DNA of 64,000 nt from Candidatus Fermentibacteraceae bacterium (GTDB taxonomy: Bacteria > Fermentibacterota > Fermentibacteria > Fermentibacterales > JCC-6). Below the pieces are notes generated by a model, which was not told where the DNA came from, ran no database searches, and was given only the letters and a program-made list of their open reading frames with translations. Numbering within the stretch: the first letter of the stretch is position 1; each line of letters begins with the position of its first letter. The position numbers and the translations under genes are program-made. The stretch spans positions 84,060 through 148,059 of the forward strand of contig JBGSZS010000008.1 in NCBI GenBank assembly GCA_041750285.1, read 5' to 3'. Positions 1-8,567 of the stretch are shown here, piece by piece.

Positions 1-446
1 TCCACGTCAGCCGGGTAGTAGTAGTGGTAGTCCGGCGAGTTGAGACGGGGCGCCGTTCCGAACGACTGCCCGTCGATGTCCCGCACCGTGCCGCTCCCAC
101 GGGAGAGGTACGCCGTGGTCACCAGGTAGTCGCCGCCCTCGTGCACGGAAAGCCCGCCGCTTCCAATGGGCGGGTCCATGTCGTAGTTGTGCCAGTTGTT
201 GAAGCCGTTCCACCAGTCGAGGTGGTATTCGGCGAGGTTTGGTTCGCCAGCCTCACCCTGGTTCTCCCACTCACCAGTGAGAAGCATGTTCGACTCGATG
301 GAGGCCATCGTGCCGTGCGTCCAGCATGTCCCCCCCTGCTGGCTCTTCACCGAGGTCACGTAGCTCTGCCCTCCCACGTCCCTGAGGTCGAAGGTGGAAG
401 GGTACTGAAGCTCAAGCACTGCAAGCAGACAAACCGCGATGAACAT
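1..446 (-). CDS. Papain-like (C1 family) cysteine peptidase, N-terminal part only; the gene runs off the window start
   Basis: Open frame on the minus strand starting at ATG 446..444, preceded by a GGAGG Shine-Dalgarno about 6 nt upstream. Translation begins [12 protein letters not shown] (signal peptide) then ...[20 protein letters not shown], resembling the QxxxGxCW active-site Cys region of C1 peptidases. No stop before position 1, which explains its absence from the ORF track. Confidence 0.5.
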   Translation of the reverse strand, partial: MFIAVCLLAVLELQYPSTFDLRDVGGQSYVTSVKSQQGGTCWTHGTMASIESNMLLTGEWENQGEAGEPNLAEYHLDWWNGFNNWHNYDMDPPIGSGGLSVHEGGDYLVTTAYLSRGSGTVRDIDGQSFGTAPRLNSPDYHYYYPADV

Positions 447-626
447 TGTTGCCTCCGTTTATGATGAACCGGGAAAACCTTTCCCCAACAATACAGAAAA
501 CATGGGACCACGACCCCCCATGCCCGGGTGATCGGAATCTGCACTGAAACACGTCACTGAAAAGATATACTCTGTCGGGCACGATGTTCTGGAATGGAAA
601 CAGGCGGTCAGTTCAGTCAAATGAAT

Positions 627-651
627 GCAGGTTCGAATCCTGTTCGGCGTA
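627..651 (+). other. tRNA-like 3' fragment: T-arm gcagG-TTCGAAT-Cctgt plus a 7-nt acceptor 3' strand and discriminator. No matching 5' half was found.
   Basis: Canonical T-loop 11-mer GGTTCGAATCC with a 5-bp flanking stem (one G-U), followed by tcggcgt+a. No complementary 5' acceptor strand or D/anticodon arms could be built from the upstream 100 nt. Interpreted as a tRNA remnant or att-type repeat rather than a functional tRNA. Confidence 0.3.
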
Positions 652-776
652 CTATTCTGGCAGCTGCCGTCCCGGTTCCCCCGCCACTTCTCTCTGCCCG
701 CATATAACACAATTGTAGTCTGTCAGGTGGATATCAATTAAGTTTGCCGAACAGCGGGAGACACAGGAGGACCCTG

Positions 777-1211
777 ATGCGTTTTGCGGCTTTCATTCTT
801 TTCGTTGTGGTCACTTCGGTCATGGCTTCCTACAGCCGGTTCCCGGAAGACCCACCGGGCGTTGACATCATCGACAGGGCATTCTTCAAGGGAATTGTTG
901 ATGGAGAGGAATACGTCGTTTACCTGGTCATGTACGATCAGGACAACCGGGGTACTCTGGATGTGGTAAGCGGAACCCTGTCTTCGGGGAGTTACCTCTG
1001 GGAGACCGTTTTTTCCTGGAAACCTCTCGACACCCTTTCAGAACCTGTCCGTTTCGATCCCCGAAGTGTGATAGACATGCAGGTTTCCGGTTCCTCTTTG
1101 ATCATCACTTGGCTGGACAGACTCAGCAGTACTTATGTTGAGGGAGCAGCCTCCCAGTATCTTGAATACGATCTTCCAAGCGGGAGTGCTGCAGAGTTCT
1201 GGAGTGATTGA
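777..1211 (+). CDS. Small secreted hypothetical protein
   Basis: ORF 744..1211. Likely start at MRFAAFILFVVVTSVMASYS (hydrophobic signal peptide). No recognisable domain. Confidence 0.4.
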   Translation: MRFAAFILFVVVTSVMASYSRFPEDPPGVDIIDRAFFKGIVDGEEYVVYLVMYDQDNRGTLDVVSGTLSSGSYLWETVFSWKPLDTLSEPVRFDPRSVIDMQVSGSSLIITWLDRLSSTYVEGAASQYLEYDLPSGSAAEFWSD

Positions 1212-1354
1212 GGGAGCTCGCAAAACTCACGAAAATGGTTCTGCGTTTGGTTCTCATATCAAACCCAATGGTAACTCATTCACAAATTGCTGCAGCTTGG
1301 CCCGGTACGCTTGGCGGCATCTTCTGCGGTACTTGATTGCCCGTAAGCTAAACG

Positions 1355-1624
1355 TTGCAAAATGCAATGTTACGTGTTATTGTAGCAACACAGAGGAGGA
1401 ACACAGTGGCGACTGCAGTTCGAGTTTCCGACACGCTTCTCAGAGAAGCCAGACTGGTCAGTTCCGTTGAGAACAGGTCCGTTACAGGCCAGATCGAGTA
1501 TTGGGCAAAGATGGGAAAGTGTGCCGAGGAGAACCCTGATCTATCTTTCAGTCTGATCAAGGACATTCTGCTGGGCCTTGAAGAGCTTGAGCAGGATGAA
1601 GCTTCCGAGTACAGGTTCGGCTGA
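1355..1624 (+). CDS. Type II antitoxin, ribbon-helix-helix/ParD-like
   Basis: Small acidic-tailed protein (..TVATAVRVSDTLLREARL.. beta-strand then helix, IEYWAKMG) ending 5 nt before a ParE/RelE-like toxin ORF. Start codon uncertain. Confidence 0.5.
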   Translation: MQNAMLRVIVATQRRNTVATAVRVSDTLLREARLVSSVENRSVTGQIEYWAKMGKCAEENPDLSFSLIKDILLGLEELEQDEASEYRFG

Positions 1625-1629
1625 CTGAA

Positions 1630-1917
1630 GTGAGGGTGATCCAGTCAAGGCTCTTTGCACAGAGAGTCAGGAGGTTCCCCGCACAGGAGAAAACCGTTCT
1701 GGATGCGGAAATCCGGAAGATCATCGCTGATCCGGCGATCGGGCAGGAGAAGAGGGGAACGCTGAAGGATGTCCGTGTGCACAAGTTCAAGATCCGCAGC
1801 ACTCTGTATCTCCTTGCTTATCGCTTTACGGATCCCATGACCCTGGAGTTGATCATGATCGGTCCCCACGATAACTACTACAGAGACTTGGACAGCCATC
1901 TGCGTAATCAAGGTTGA
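1630..1917 (+). CDS. Type II toxin, ParE/RelE superfamily
   Basis: 95 aa. Pattern ..KDVRVHKFKIRSTLYLLAYRFTDP..LELIMIGPH matches the ParE/RelE fold consensus (conserved basic residues, hydrophobic core, C-terminal IGPH-type motif). Lies directly downstream of the antitoxin. Confidence 0.7.
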   Translation: MRVIQSRLFAQRVRRFPAQEKTVLDAEIRKIIADPAIGQEKRGTLKDVRVHKFKIRSTLYLLAYRFTDPMTLELIMIGPHDNYYRDLDSHLRNQG

Positions 1918-2042
1918 TGGCAACCCTTCCCGGCAGTTCGAAGAGACCTGTAAACAGGGCGTCATAAGTTCAATGCAGCGTTGACGTGACCATTTTACGA
2001 GTCTATATAATGACCTGATTAAAGAACCATATGGAGGTCGAT

Positions 2043-2294
2043 ATGGATTACATTCTATCAGGTTGTTCGGCAAGCATCTCCGATTTAAAAAAGAACCCGA
2101 CTGCACTGCTGAAAGAAGCCGATGGCGAGGCCATAACCATTCTCAATCACAACGTTCCCACGGCGTACCTTGTTCCGGCAGAGACATACAATCTTCTATT
2201 GAACCGTCTTGAAGATGCGGAACTTGCCCAGATGGTGGCGGACAGGTCCGGTGAAAGAAGCTGTGCTGTCGAAGTAGACGTTGACAGTGTATAA
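2043..2294 (+). CDS. Type II antitoxin, Phd/YefM family
   Basis: N-terminal ISDLKKNPTALLKEADGEAITILNHNVPTAYLVPAETYNLL is the classic Phd/YefM pattern. Its stop overlaps the start of the next ORF. Confidence 0.75.
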   Translation: MDYILSGCSASISDLKKNPTALLKEADGEAITILNHNVPTAYLVPAETYNLLLNRLEDAELAQMVADRSGERSCAVEVDVDSV

Positions 2295-2577
2295 GCTCCT
2301 GTTCCTTCCAACTGCTCTCAAGGAGTGGCGAAAACTTGCTGATCCCATCCGTGAACAGCTTCGGAGAAAACTCAAGGAGAGGCTTGAGTGTCCTAGGGTT
2401 CAGGCAAGTATTCTCTACGGCTTCAAGGATGTATACAAGATCAAGCTCCGTTCCTCGGGTTACAGGCTGGTCTACGAGGTGAATGACACGAGCATTACGG
2501 TGCTTGTCATTGCCGTCGGCAAGCGTGAAAAGGGAAGGGTCTACTCCCGAACCGAACAAAGGCTGACCAATTCCTGA
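2281..2577 (+). CDS. Type II toxin, RelE/ParE family
   Basis: 98 aa. LPTALKEWRKL...YRLVYEVNDTSITVLVIAVGKREKGRVY matches RelE/ParE. Overlaps the Phd/YefM antitoxin by about 14 nt. Confidence 0.75.
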   Translation: MTVYKLLFLPTALKEWRKLADPIREQLRRKLKERLECPRVQASILYGFKDVYKIKLRSSGYRLVYEVNDTSITVLVIAVGKREKGRVYSRTEQRLTNS

Positions 2578-2673
2578 TTCTGATTGCCCGATGCTGTAAC
2601 CGACTTTGCGCTTTTGTTTCACGCTGTTCCAAACCATTGAGATACTGAAGCAGGCCGGCACAGGATAAAAGGG

Positions 2674-3060
2674 ATGGATTGTTTCATGTCCACTCACACT
2701 CAAGCATCAATCGTACGCAAGTTTCGGGTGGGCCGGTTTCTCTGGATTCTGGCGGGAAGCATCAACTTCATCCTCGGCGTTGCCGTTCTGATCGTATGCG
2801 GTCGCGGCTTGTGGGGTTTTCGGGTCCCGGCGGATTTCCTTTTCGCTGCCGTTGCGCCGGTCGGGCTGCTCAACATTGTCCTTTCCGCGTTGAATGCGAG
2901 GTTCCGGGTGCCCGCCCTGCTTCTGAACGCTCTTTGCGGCATCACCCTGGGAATGTTCGCAGCCTATCAGTTTGAGTCGTTCTTCGCGTGGGTCTTCACA
3001 ACGATTCTCTGCGTCGTGCCCTCCCTGGTTGCGGTTGCGCTGCCGGTGCAGCGGAGTTAG
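2674..3060 (+). CDS. Small integral membrane protein, four predicted TM helices
   Basis: 128 aa with four hydrophobic stretches. No recognised domain. Confidence 0.4.
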   Translation: MDCFMSTHTQASIVRKFRVGRFLWILAGSINFILGVAVLIVCGRGLWGFRVPADFLFAAVAPVGLLNIVLSALNARFRVPALLLNALCGITLGMFAAYQFESFFAWVFTTILCVVPSLVAVALPVQRS

Positions 3061-3154
3061 TGCGATATCTCGTGTCAGAAGGCGTTTTCCGAACTGAAAC
3101 CTTTCTGATTTTCCTGTTATTGTTGTGCTGTAATCTCCTCCGAACGGAGCACTC

Positions 3155-4267
3155 ATGATACCGGCGCTTTATCCGCTGCTCGTTTTCCTTGCCGCTCACC
3201 TCTTTGTCCCTGGCAAGTCCATGGAAGGCACGGACGTTCCCCTCAGAAACCTCGATGACGGCCCACACGTGTACTGGAGGAACGACACCACCGCCGTGGT
3301 GTTCAGCTTCACCGGGGGCAGGCTGGTTCAGGAGACTTTCACAGCTTCCGACACGGTGAGGTTCCAGGGCAGCCTGGATGGCACTGAGGTGTCTTTCGCC
3401 ATCCCCTCCGCCGGTCCTTCTGGGGCGGTCTGCGACACAGGTGCCGTTCCCCGTTTCCTGGCGGTGAGCGACGTTCACGGAGACTTCACCCACTTCCGTG
3501 AGATCCTTCAGGCTTCCGGGGTGATGAACGAAGGCTTCGTGTGGACATGGGGAGACGGCCACCTTGTGGTGCTGGGGGATATCATGGACCGGGGCCCCGA
3601 GGTCACCGAGTGCCTCTGGCTGGTCTATCTGCTGGCGCAGCAGGCTGAACGGGCCGGTGGAGCGGTTCACTTCGTTCTGGGCAACCACGAGCTGATGGTT
3701 CTCACGGGTGACCTCCGCTACGTACACGAACGTTATCTGGACGGTATCTGCGGTGTTACCGGAATGGACTGTGACGATCTTTTCGGGTCCGACATGGAAC
3801 TGGGCCGGTGGGTGCGGTCCCGACCCGTCATTGTCAGGCTGGGCGACGTCCTGTTCGTTCACGGGGGCATCGCGCCGGGCAGCGGGGTGGACGACATGTC
3901 GCTTTCCGGGATCAACGAACTGGTATGGCACGGCCTCGAAAGCTCATCGGTGGGATACCTCCTCGATGGAGTCGAGCGTGTCTTCGGAAGCCTCGGACCG
4001 CTCTGGTTCAGGGGCTACCACTACGGCATGGAGGACATGTACCCCGAAACCACCGCGGAAGAGATCGCAATGCTTCTCGGCCGGTACGGCGTGGAGAGGA
4101 TCGTCGTGGGTCATACAGAACACGACAGCATCGCGGCGCTTTTCAGCGGGAGAGTGCTTGCCATAGACGTTCCAGTGGAGGACAGGGGCGGCCAGCAGGC
4201 GCTTATGTGGGAAGCCGGTGCCTTCTACAGGGTCAACGCCGACGGGTCGAGGGTTCCCCTTCCCTGA
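3155..4267 (+). CDS. Metallophosphoesterase (calcineurin-like/PPP-type phosphatase), probably exported
   Basis: Motifs AVSDVHGD, LGDIMDRGPE and VLGNHELM correspond to DxH(x)nGDxxDRG(x)nGNH[DE]. Hydrophobic N-terminus. Confidence 0.7.
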   Translation: MIPALYPLLVFLAAHLFVPGKSMEGTDVPLRNLDDGPHVYWRNDTTAVVFSFTGGRLVQETFTASDTVRFQGSLDGTEVSFAIPSAGPSGAVCDTGAVPRFLAVSDVHGDFTHFREILQASGVMNEGFVWTWGDGHLVVLGDIMDRGPEVTECLWLVYLLAQQAERAGGAVHFVLGNHELMVLTGDLRYVHERYLDGICGVTGMDCDDLFGSDMELGRWVRSRPVIVRLGDVLFVHGGIAPGSGVDDMSLSGINELVWHGLESSSVGYLLDGVERVFGSLGPLWFRGYHYGMEDMYPETTAEEIAMLLGRYGVERIVVGHTEHDSIAALFSGRVLAIDVPVEDRGGQQALMWEAGAFYRVNADGSRVPLP

Positions 4268-4288
4268 ACGTGTTCGGGAGCATTCATT

Positions 4289-5041
4289 TCAGTCGATGAG
4301 GGCCGCCCCGAGTGCGCCGGTGATCCTGGGTTCGGGGGGAACAACCACGCTAAGACCGGTCTCAGCTTCGACGGCACGCACGACGCCCATGTTCCTTGCC
4401 ACTCCCCCGGTGAAGACCAACGGGGCCGCCACGCCTGCTCCGCCAGCCATGCCCAGCGTCCGGGCCGCGACGGAGCGGAACACTCCCCTGAGTATCCTCT
4501 CCCTGGGTATACCGCCCTGCAGAAGGCCGATGATCTCGCTTTCCGCAAAAACGGCGCACATCGTGCTTATCTCGACCGTGTCGTCACCGTCACGGGTTGC
4601 CTCGTCCATTCTCTCAAGCGGGATACCGAGTATGTCGCCCGCCATCTCGATGAAGCGCCCGGTTCCCGCCGCGCATCGGTCGTTCATGGAAAAGTCGACG
4701 GGTTTTCCGTTCTCGAGCCTGATGATCTTCGAGTCCTGCCCACCGATGTCGATGATCGTAGCCGTTTCGGGGTGAAGCTGAAAAACTCCCCTGGCGTGGC
4801 AGATTATCTCGCTGCACGTGCGTGTGGCGTGGCCGAAGTAGTTCCTGCCGTAGCCGGTGGCCACGATCGAGGCAAGGTCTTCCGGCACCAGCCCGTTCCT
4901 CCCGAGGATCTGCCTGAACATGGCCTCGGCGTTCCCCCGGGGGTCCCGCAGGCTGTCGCCTATGATCACATCCACCGTTCGGGTACCGTCGTGAAGAAGC
5001 ACCTCGACGCTTCGTGCCCCGATGTCCACACCGCACCTCAT
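4289..5041 (-). CDS. Activator ATPase of 2-hydroxyacyl-CoA dehydratase (HgdC/BcrAD/BadFG family CoA-substrate-specific enzyme activase)
   Basis: IDIGGQDSKIIRLENGKPVDFSMNDRCAAGTGRFIE matches the ASKHA-fold activase signature including the cluster-bridging Cys. 4-nt overlap with the upstream gene. Confidence 0.75.
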   Translation of the reverse strand: MRCGVDIGARSVEVLLHDGTRTVDVIIGDSLRDPRGNAEAMFRQILGRNGLVPEDLASIVATGYGRNYFGHATRTCSEIICHARGVFQLHPETATIIDIGGQDSKIIRLENGKPVDFSMNDRCAAGTGRFIEMAGDILGIPLERMDEATRDGDDTVEISTMCAVFAESEIIGLLQGGIPRERILRGVFRSVAARTLGMAGGAGVAAPLVFTGGVARNMGVVRAVEAETGLSVVVPPEPRITGALGAALID

Positions 5042-6168
5042 CGGGCCATCTCCAGGAGGGTCTGGATGCGGACCATGATCTGCTCCCTGTCACCCGGGCT
5101 GTAGTCGGTCTCCACCTTCAGGTAGGGAAGGTTGAGTTCCTTCCGGACGAACCCGCCGACCTGGAACGACTCGACGTTGTAGGTGTGGCATGCCTGCCAG
5201 ACAAGGTCGACAACTGCGTTGGCATTGAACTGCATGGCGAGCTTCGAGAGGAGTTCGAGCCTTCCTGTGTTTGGCGTCATGCAGCTGCACGGGATGCGGA
5301 AGTGTTTCTCAGCTATCGCGGTGAGGGGGTCGCCCTCTTCGCTCACGGGGTCGAGGGGCTTGATGCCGCTGCATGTCTCCTGTACGACCACAATCCCCCC
5401 GGCTTCCTCGATGATCTCCACGACCTTCAGCGTGCCCTCGCTCATGGGGCACCCTGTGACAAGCACCCTTGGCGCGTTCTCCTTCGCAGCGAAAACACCC
5501 CTCCTCTTCCTCTCCTCGAGCGCATCCCTCAGTTCCGAAAGCATGCGATGGTGCTCAGGCATGCCCGACACCCTGAAACGAAGCCTTCCCAGCTCGACGC
5601 CGCTTATCACGGGTCTGGGCTCGGCGCCGTACTCCATCACCGCCCGGAGAAGGGCCCTTTCCCTGTTCATGGTAGAGATCGCGCTGCGAAGGTCGTCGTC
5701 GCTTATCGGCTTTTTATAGAGTTCTTCAAGTCGGAGCTTGAGCTTCCTCACCTCCAGAAGCCAGTGCTCCCACGCCTCGGCCTCGAGCACCTTCTGCGTG
5801 AGTTCGAGGATGTGCTGGGGCTTGCGCTCCCTGATGAGTTCCCAGACCTTCTTCTTCCCGTCGCAGGTGGTTTCCGCGACGATGAGGTCTGCCATGCCGA
5901 AGAAAGGGCAGCCGTTCGTGAGAATGTACCCCAGGGAAGACTTGATTAGGGGACAGAGGTTTGCGGGAAGAACTGTCTCCGCGGGTGGAATGGTCTTGCG
6001 GCTGGAGCCGCAGAGGCAGATCGGGTAAGCGCCTGCGGCGAGTATCAGGTCACGGGGCGTGAACTCGCAGTAGATGCCCACAACGCCCTTTCCCTTCTTC
6101 TTTTCCGCCCTTACGAAATCGATCTCGGCTCCCACGGATGTGGCGAAGTACTCAAAAGGGTTGATCAT
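5038..6168 (-). CDS. 2-hydroxyacyl-CoA dehydratase / benzoyl-CoA reductase BcrBC-type subunit (HgdB-like)
   Basis: 376 aa with Cys ligand motifs (..YPICLCGSS.., NLCPLIKSSLGY, AETTCDGKKK) typical of the HgdAB/BcrBC family. Confidence 0.7.
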   Translation of the reverse strand: MINPFEYFATSVGAEIDFVRAEKKKGKGVVGIYCEFTPRDLILAAGAYPICLCGSSRKTIPPAETVLPANLCPLIKSSLGYILTNGCPFFGMADLIVAETTCDGKKKVWELIRERKPQHILELTQKVLEAEAWEHWLLEVRKLKLRLEELYKKPISDDDLRSAISTMNRERALLRAVMEYGAEPRPVISGVELGRLRFRVSGMPEHHRMLSELRDALEERKRRGVFAAKENAPRVLVTGCPMSEGTLKVVEIIEEAGGIVVVQETCSGIKPLDPVSEEGDPLTAIAEKHFRIPCSCMTPNTGRLELLSKLAMQFNANAVVDLVWQACHTYNVESFQVGGFVRKELNLPYLKVETDYSPGDREQIMVRIQTLLEMAR

Positions 6169-7583
6169 GCTCTTCTCTCCCTGCGCTGTCTCACTATGTC
6201 CATGAAAGCCTCGATCCGGCTTCTCACCTGTTCACTCACCCTTCCCGGGCTGTAAGGCACGTCGAAGGAGAGTACGGGCAGCCCCAGCTCATCCCTGACT
6301 CTCTCACTGATGATCCTGTCGTCCCAGGGACAGTGGCTCGCCCCGAATATCCCGCTCAAAAGCACCCCTTCGGCACGAAAGTGCCTGATGTCACGCACTA
6401 TCGCATCGGCCCTCATTGCCGGCGAGCAGAGCAGCCTGTCGTCGAAGCAGTTCTCCGCCACCGCAGTGAGGGGATCGGTATCCTCCCGGAGTGGAAGGAA
6501 GGCGTGATTGATGAAGTAGTCCGTCCCCGCCACACACCCCCCCATGTCTTCAAGGAGGGGTATCAGCGAGGCGTCGGTGGGCGGGTACACCCAGTAGATC
6601 CGAAGCGGGGGTTCTTCTCCTTTGAAGGGCGAAAGCCCCTGCGCGAGCCTCTCCTTCGCCACCCTGGCAAGCCCCTCGAGCACGGGGAAGCACTGGTCAG
6701 GCTCGCTGCAAGTGTGTATCGCGATGAACTCGGCAAGGTACATCTCAAGGCCGGGCAGCGGCGGGTAGTCGGCCCCGTAGACAAGCTCCCGAAGGTCCCT
6801 GACAATGGTGCGCAGCCTGTTGAAGAGCGCCACGCTTCCACGGAGCATTTCTTCCGAGCACCTTACCCCTGTCGTTGTCTCCAGGGCGGAAACAACACCC
6901 GCCAGCTGTCCCCGCACGAAGGCAAGGTCTTTTTCCGAGAATGGCACTCCCCCGAAAGGGGTAACAGAGCCTCTACCCCCGGGCACCGGTGCCGTCATCT
7001 CCCACCAGTGCACGGGCATTCCGAGCCCCTCAACAAGCTGCATCACCGCGCTGAAGTCGTCGCAGCACGCCCCGACACCGGCCACGCAGAGGTCGGGCCT
7101 GGGAAAGTAATCGAGGGTTTTCATGGCGCCCAGAACGGCCCGCACGTAGCAAAGCTCCTCGGTTGCGCCAAGGTCGGAAGCTGCGTCGAGAAGGTGGGTG
7201 CTTTCGGCGAAACACGGCGCCCACCACAGTTCGTCGGCGTAGAAGGAGAGCTGCCCGGGGAAGGCGTAGGCGAGAACGGCGGTCTGCCCGAGGTCCTTCA
7301 TAAGGGCGATGATCCTGGCGCCCGAGTTCTTCGCCAGGAAAAGCCTGTCCTTCTCGCTGAACAGAAATGCCCACAGCCTGAGTGCCTCGGGAGAGCTGTC
7401 GAACCTAAGCCGCCTCAGAAGCAGGTCGCCGCGGCACGAATACTCCCAGGGCGTGAACAGGTATTCCACTCCGCCGGGTATGAATCCCCTGAGGGACCGG
7501 CACTGCGCGGCGAACTCATCAGGTATCTTCAGCTTGCGCGATTCCCACTCAAGGGCCGTGAGTTTTCGCACAGGGTCATGCAT
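6165..7583 (-). CDS. 2-hydroxyacyl-CoA dehydratase family large subunit (HgdA-like)
   Basis: The C-terminal region of the 622-aa track ORF resembles HgdA/BcrC family proteins. The real start is most likely the internal Met (MHDPVRKLTALEWES...), which overlaps the stop of the upstream gene (ATGCATGA). The upstream 150 codons are Pro/Arg/Ser-rich read-through of the neighbouring gene. Confidence 0.6.
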   Translation of the reverse strand: MHDPVRKLTALEWESRKLKIPDEFAAQCRSLRGFIPGGVEYLFTPWEYSCRGDLLLRRLRFDSSPEALRLWAFLFSEKDRLFLAKNSGARIIALMKDLGQTAVLAYAFPGQLSFYADELWWAPCFAESTHLLDAASDLGATEELCYVRAVLGAMKTLDYFPRPDLCVAGVGACCDDFSAVMQLVEGLGMPVHWWEMTAPVPGGRGSVTPFGGVPFSEKDLAFVRGQLAGVVSALETTTGVRCSEEMLRGSVALFNRLRTIVRDLRELVYGADYPPLPGLEMYLAEFIAIHTCSEPDQCFPVLEGLARVAKERLAQGLSPFKGEEPPLRIYWVYPPTDASLIPLLEDMGGCVAGTDYFINHAFLPLREDTDPLTAVAENCFDDRLLCSPAMRADAIVRDIRHFRAEGVLLSGIFGASHCPWDDRIISERVRDELGLPVLSFDVPYSPGRVSEQVRSRIEAFMDIVRQRRERRA

Positions 7584-8517
7584 TACGGGCCTCCAGGGTC
7601 TCCACGAACGCCTGGAGCCGGACGGAGGACCGTCCCCGCTCCCCCGGGGAAAGGTCGCTCGAAAGCACCAGCACCGGGAACGGCATCCGGCGGAACCTCT
7701 CCTTCTCGGTGTGCCAGAGGTCGCAGAAGGAAAGGGTCTTGAGAACAAGGCCGTGGCAGCCGGAATCGACGACCTGCCCGGCAATCCACTCAAGAACCCC
7801 GTGGTTCGGCCGGTTACGTATGCAGCGGGCATCGTTGAACGATGCGAGCGCGAGTTCCCGGATGGAACCGTCCGCCGGGACCGTTGACGGAAGCCCGGAA
7901 AGACCCGTACATCCAAGGGGAAGGTAACCCGCTCCGAGTTCCGCAAGGGTGCCCGGTACAACATCATCACCCCGGGCCATGACACTTCCCGTAACAGCGA
8001 TCCTGACCCCGGGCGTCCGGCTTTCAAGGGCAACCTCCCGCGGGAAGGTATTCCCTGCGAAAAAACCGAGGAACAGCTCCTGAAGGATCAGCGGCGGTAC
8101 CCGGAATGAGAGGGCCGCCGCCCGAAGCACGGCAGCCCCCCTGAGACGTTCGGTCTCCCATGCAAGGGCCGCCACGGGGTCATATCCTGAGGAGAAACCG
8201 GCTTTGACGACCTCCAATGCAAGGTTCTCTACTGAGTCGCAGAACCAGCCCGCTGACTCGGCAGTCCTTGTGGCGGGGAACTGAAGCAGGAAGACCTTTT
8301 TGCCCGACAGGCGTTCGAGTTCCTGAAAGAGGCGCCTGGTCATGTCGCAGGTGTACATCCCCGCCCATGCGTCCACCGAACCGAATCCCTCAGAACAGGT
8401 CACGATACCGCCGAGCACCGATTTTACGAAGGGGCAGAGGTCGGGGCGGACAAGGGCTTCCCCTGCCCTCTCCGGGCCCGCAACCACGCCACGCCACGGC
8501 TGGAGCCCAAGGCCCAC
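7576..8517 (-). CDS. Second HgdB-like dehydratase-family subunit (short, 313 aa)
   Basis: LCPFVKSVLGGI and MYTCDMTRR parallel the Cys motifs of the 376-aa subunit. C-terminus PVLVLSSDLSPGERGRSSVRLQAFVETLE parallels the C-terminus of the 473-aa subunit. Confidence 0.5.
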   Translation of the reverse strand: MGLGLQPWRGVVAGPERAGEALVRPDLCPFVKSVLGGIVTCSEGFGSVDAWAGMYTCDMTRRLFQELERLSGKKVFLLQFPATRTAESAGWFCDSVENLALEVVKAGFSSGYDPVAALAWETERLRGAAVLRAAALSFRVPPLILQELFLGFFAGNTFPREVALESRTPGVRIAVTGSVMARGDDVVPGTLAELGAGYLPLGCTGLSGLPSTVPADGSIRELALASFNDARCIRNRPNHGVLEWIAGQVVDSGCHGLVLKTLSFCDLWHTEKERFRRMPFPVLVLSSDLSPGERGRSSVRLQAFVETLEARNA

Positions 8518-8567
8518 AGCAACAGCCGGGGGAAAGCCACGGCAGAGGTAACCAAGAACGGGCTGGT

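Noticed and set aside
24-464. 146-aa plus-strand ORF at the window start
   Set aside because: Antisense to the C1-peptidase reading frame, which has a signal peptide, an active-site-like motif and a strong Shine-Dalgarno. No features of its own.
6333-7742. 469-aa plus-strand ORF (and others such as 5014..5949, 8706..9863, 35636..36856, 29571..30458) antisense to strongly supported genes
   Set aside because: Arg/Pro/Gly-rich translations without domains, fully nested in genes with clear homology on the other strand. High-GC antisense artefacts.
7584-8033. N-terminal 150 codons of the 622-aa track ORF 6165..8033
   Set aside because: This stretch overlaps the upstream HgdB-like gene in another frame and is Pro/Arg/Ser-rich. 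An internal ATG overlapping the upstream stop (ATGCATGA) gives a normal-length, coupled HgdA-like protein.
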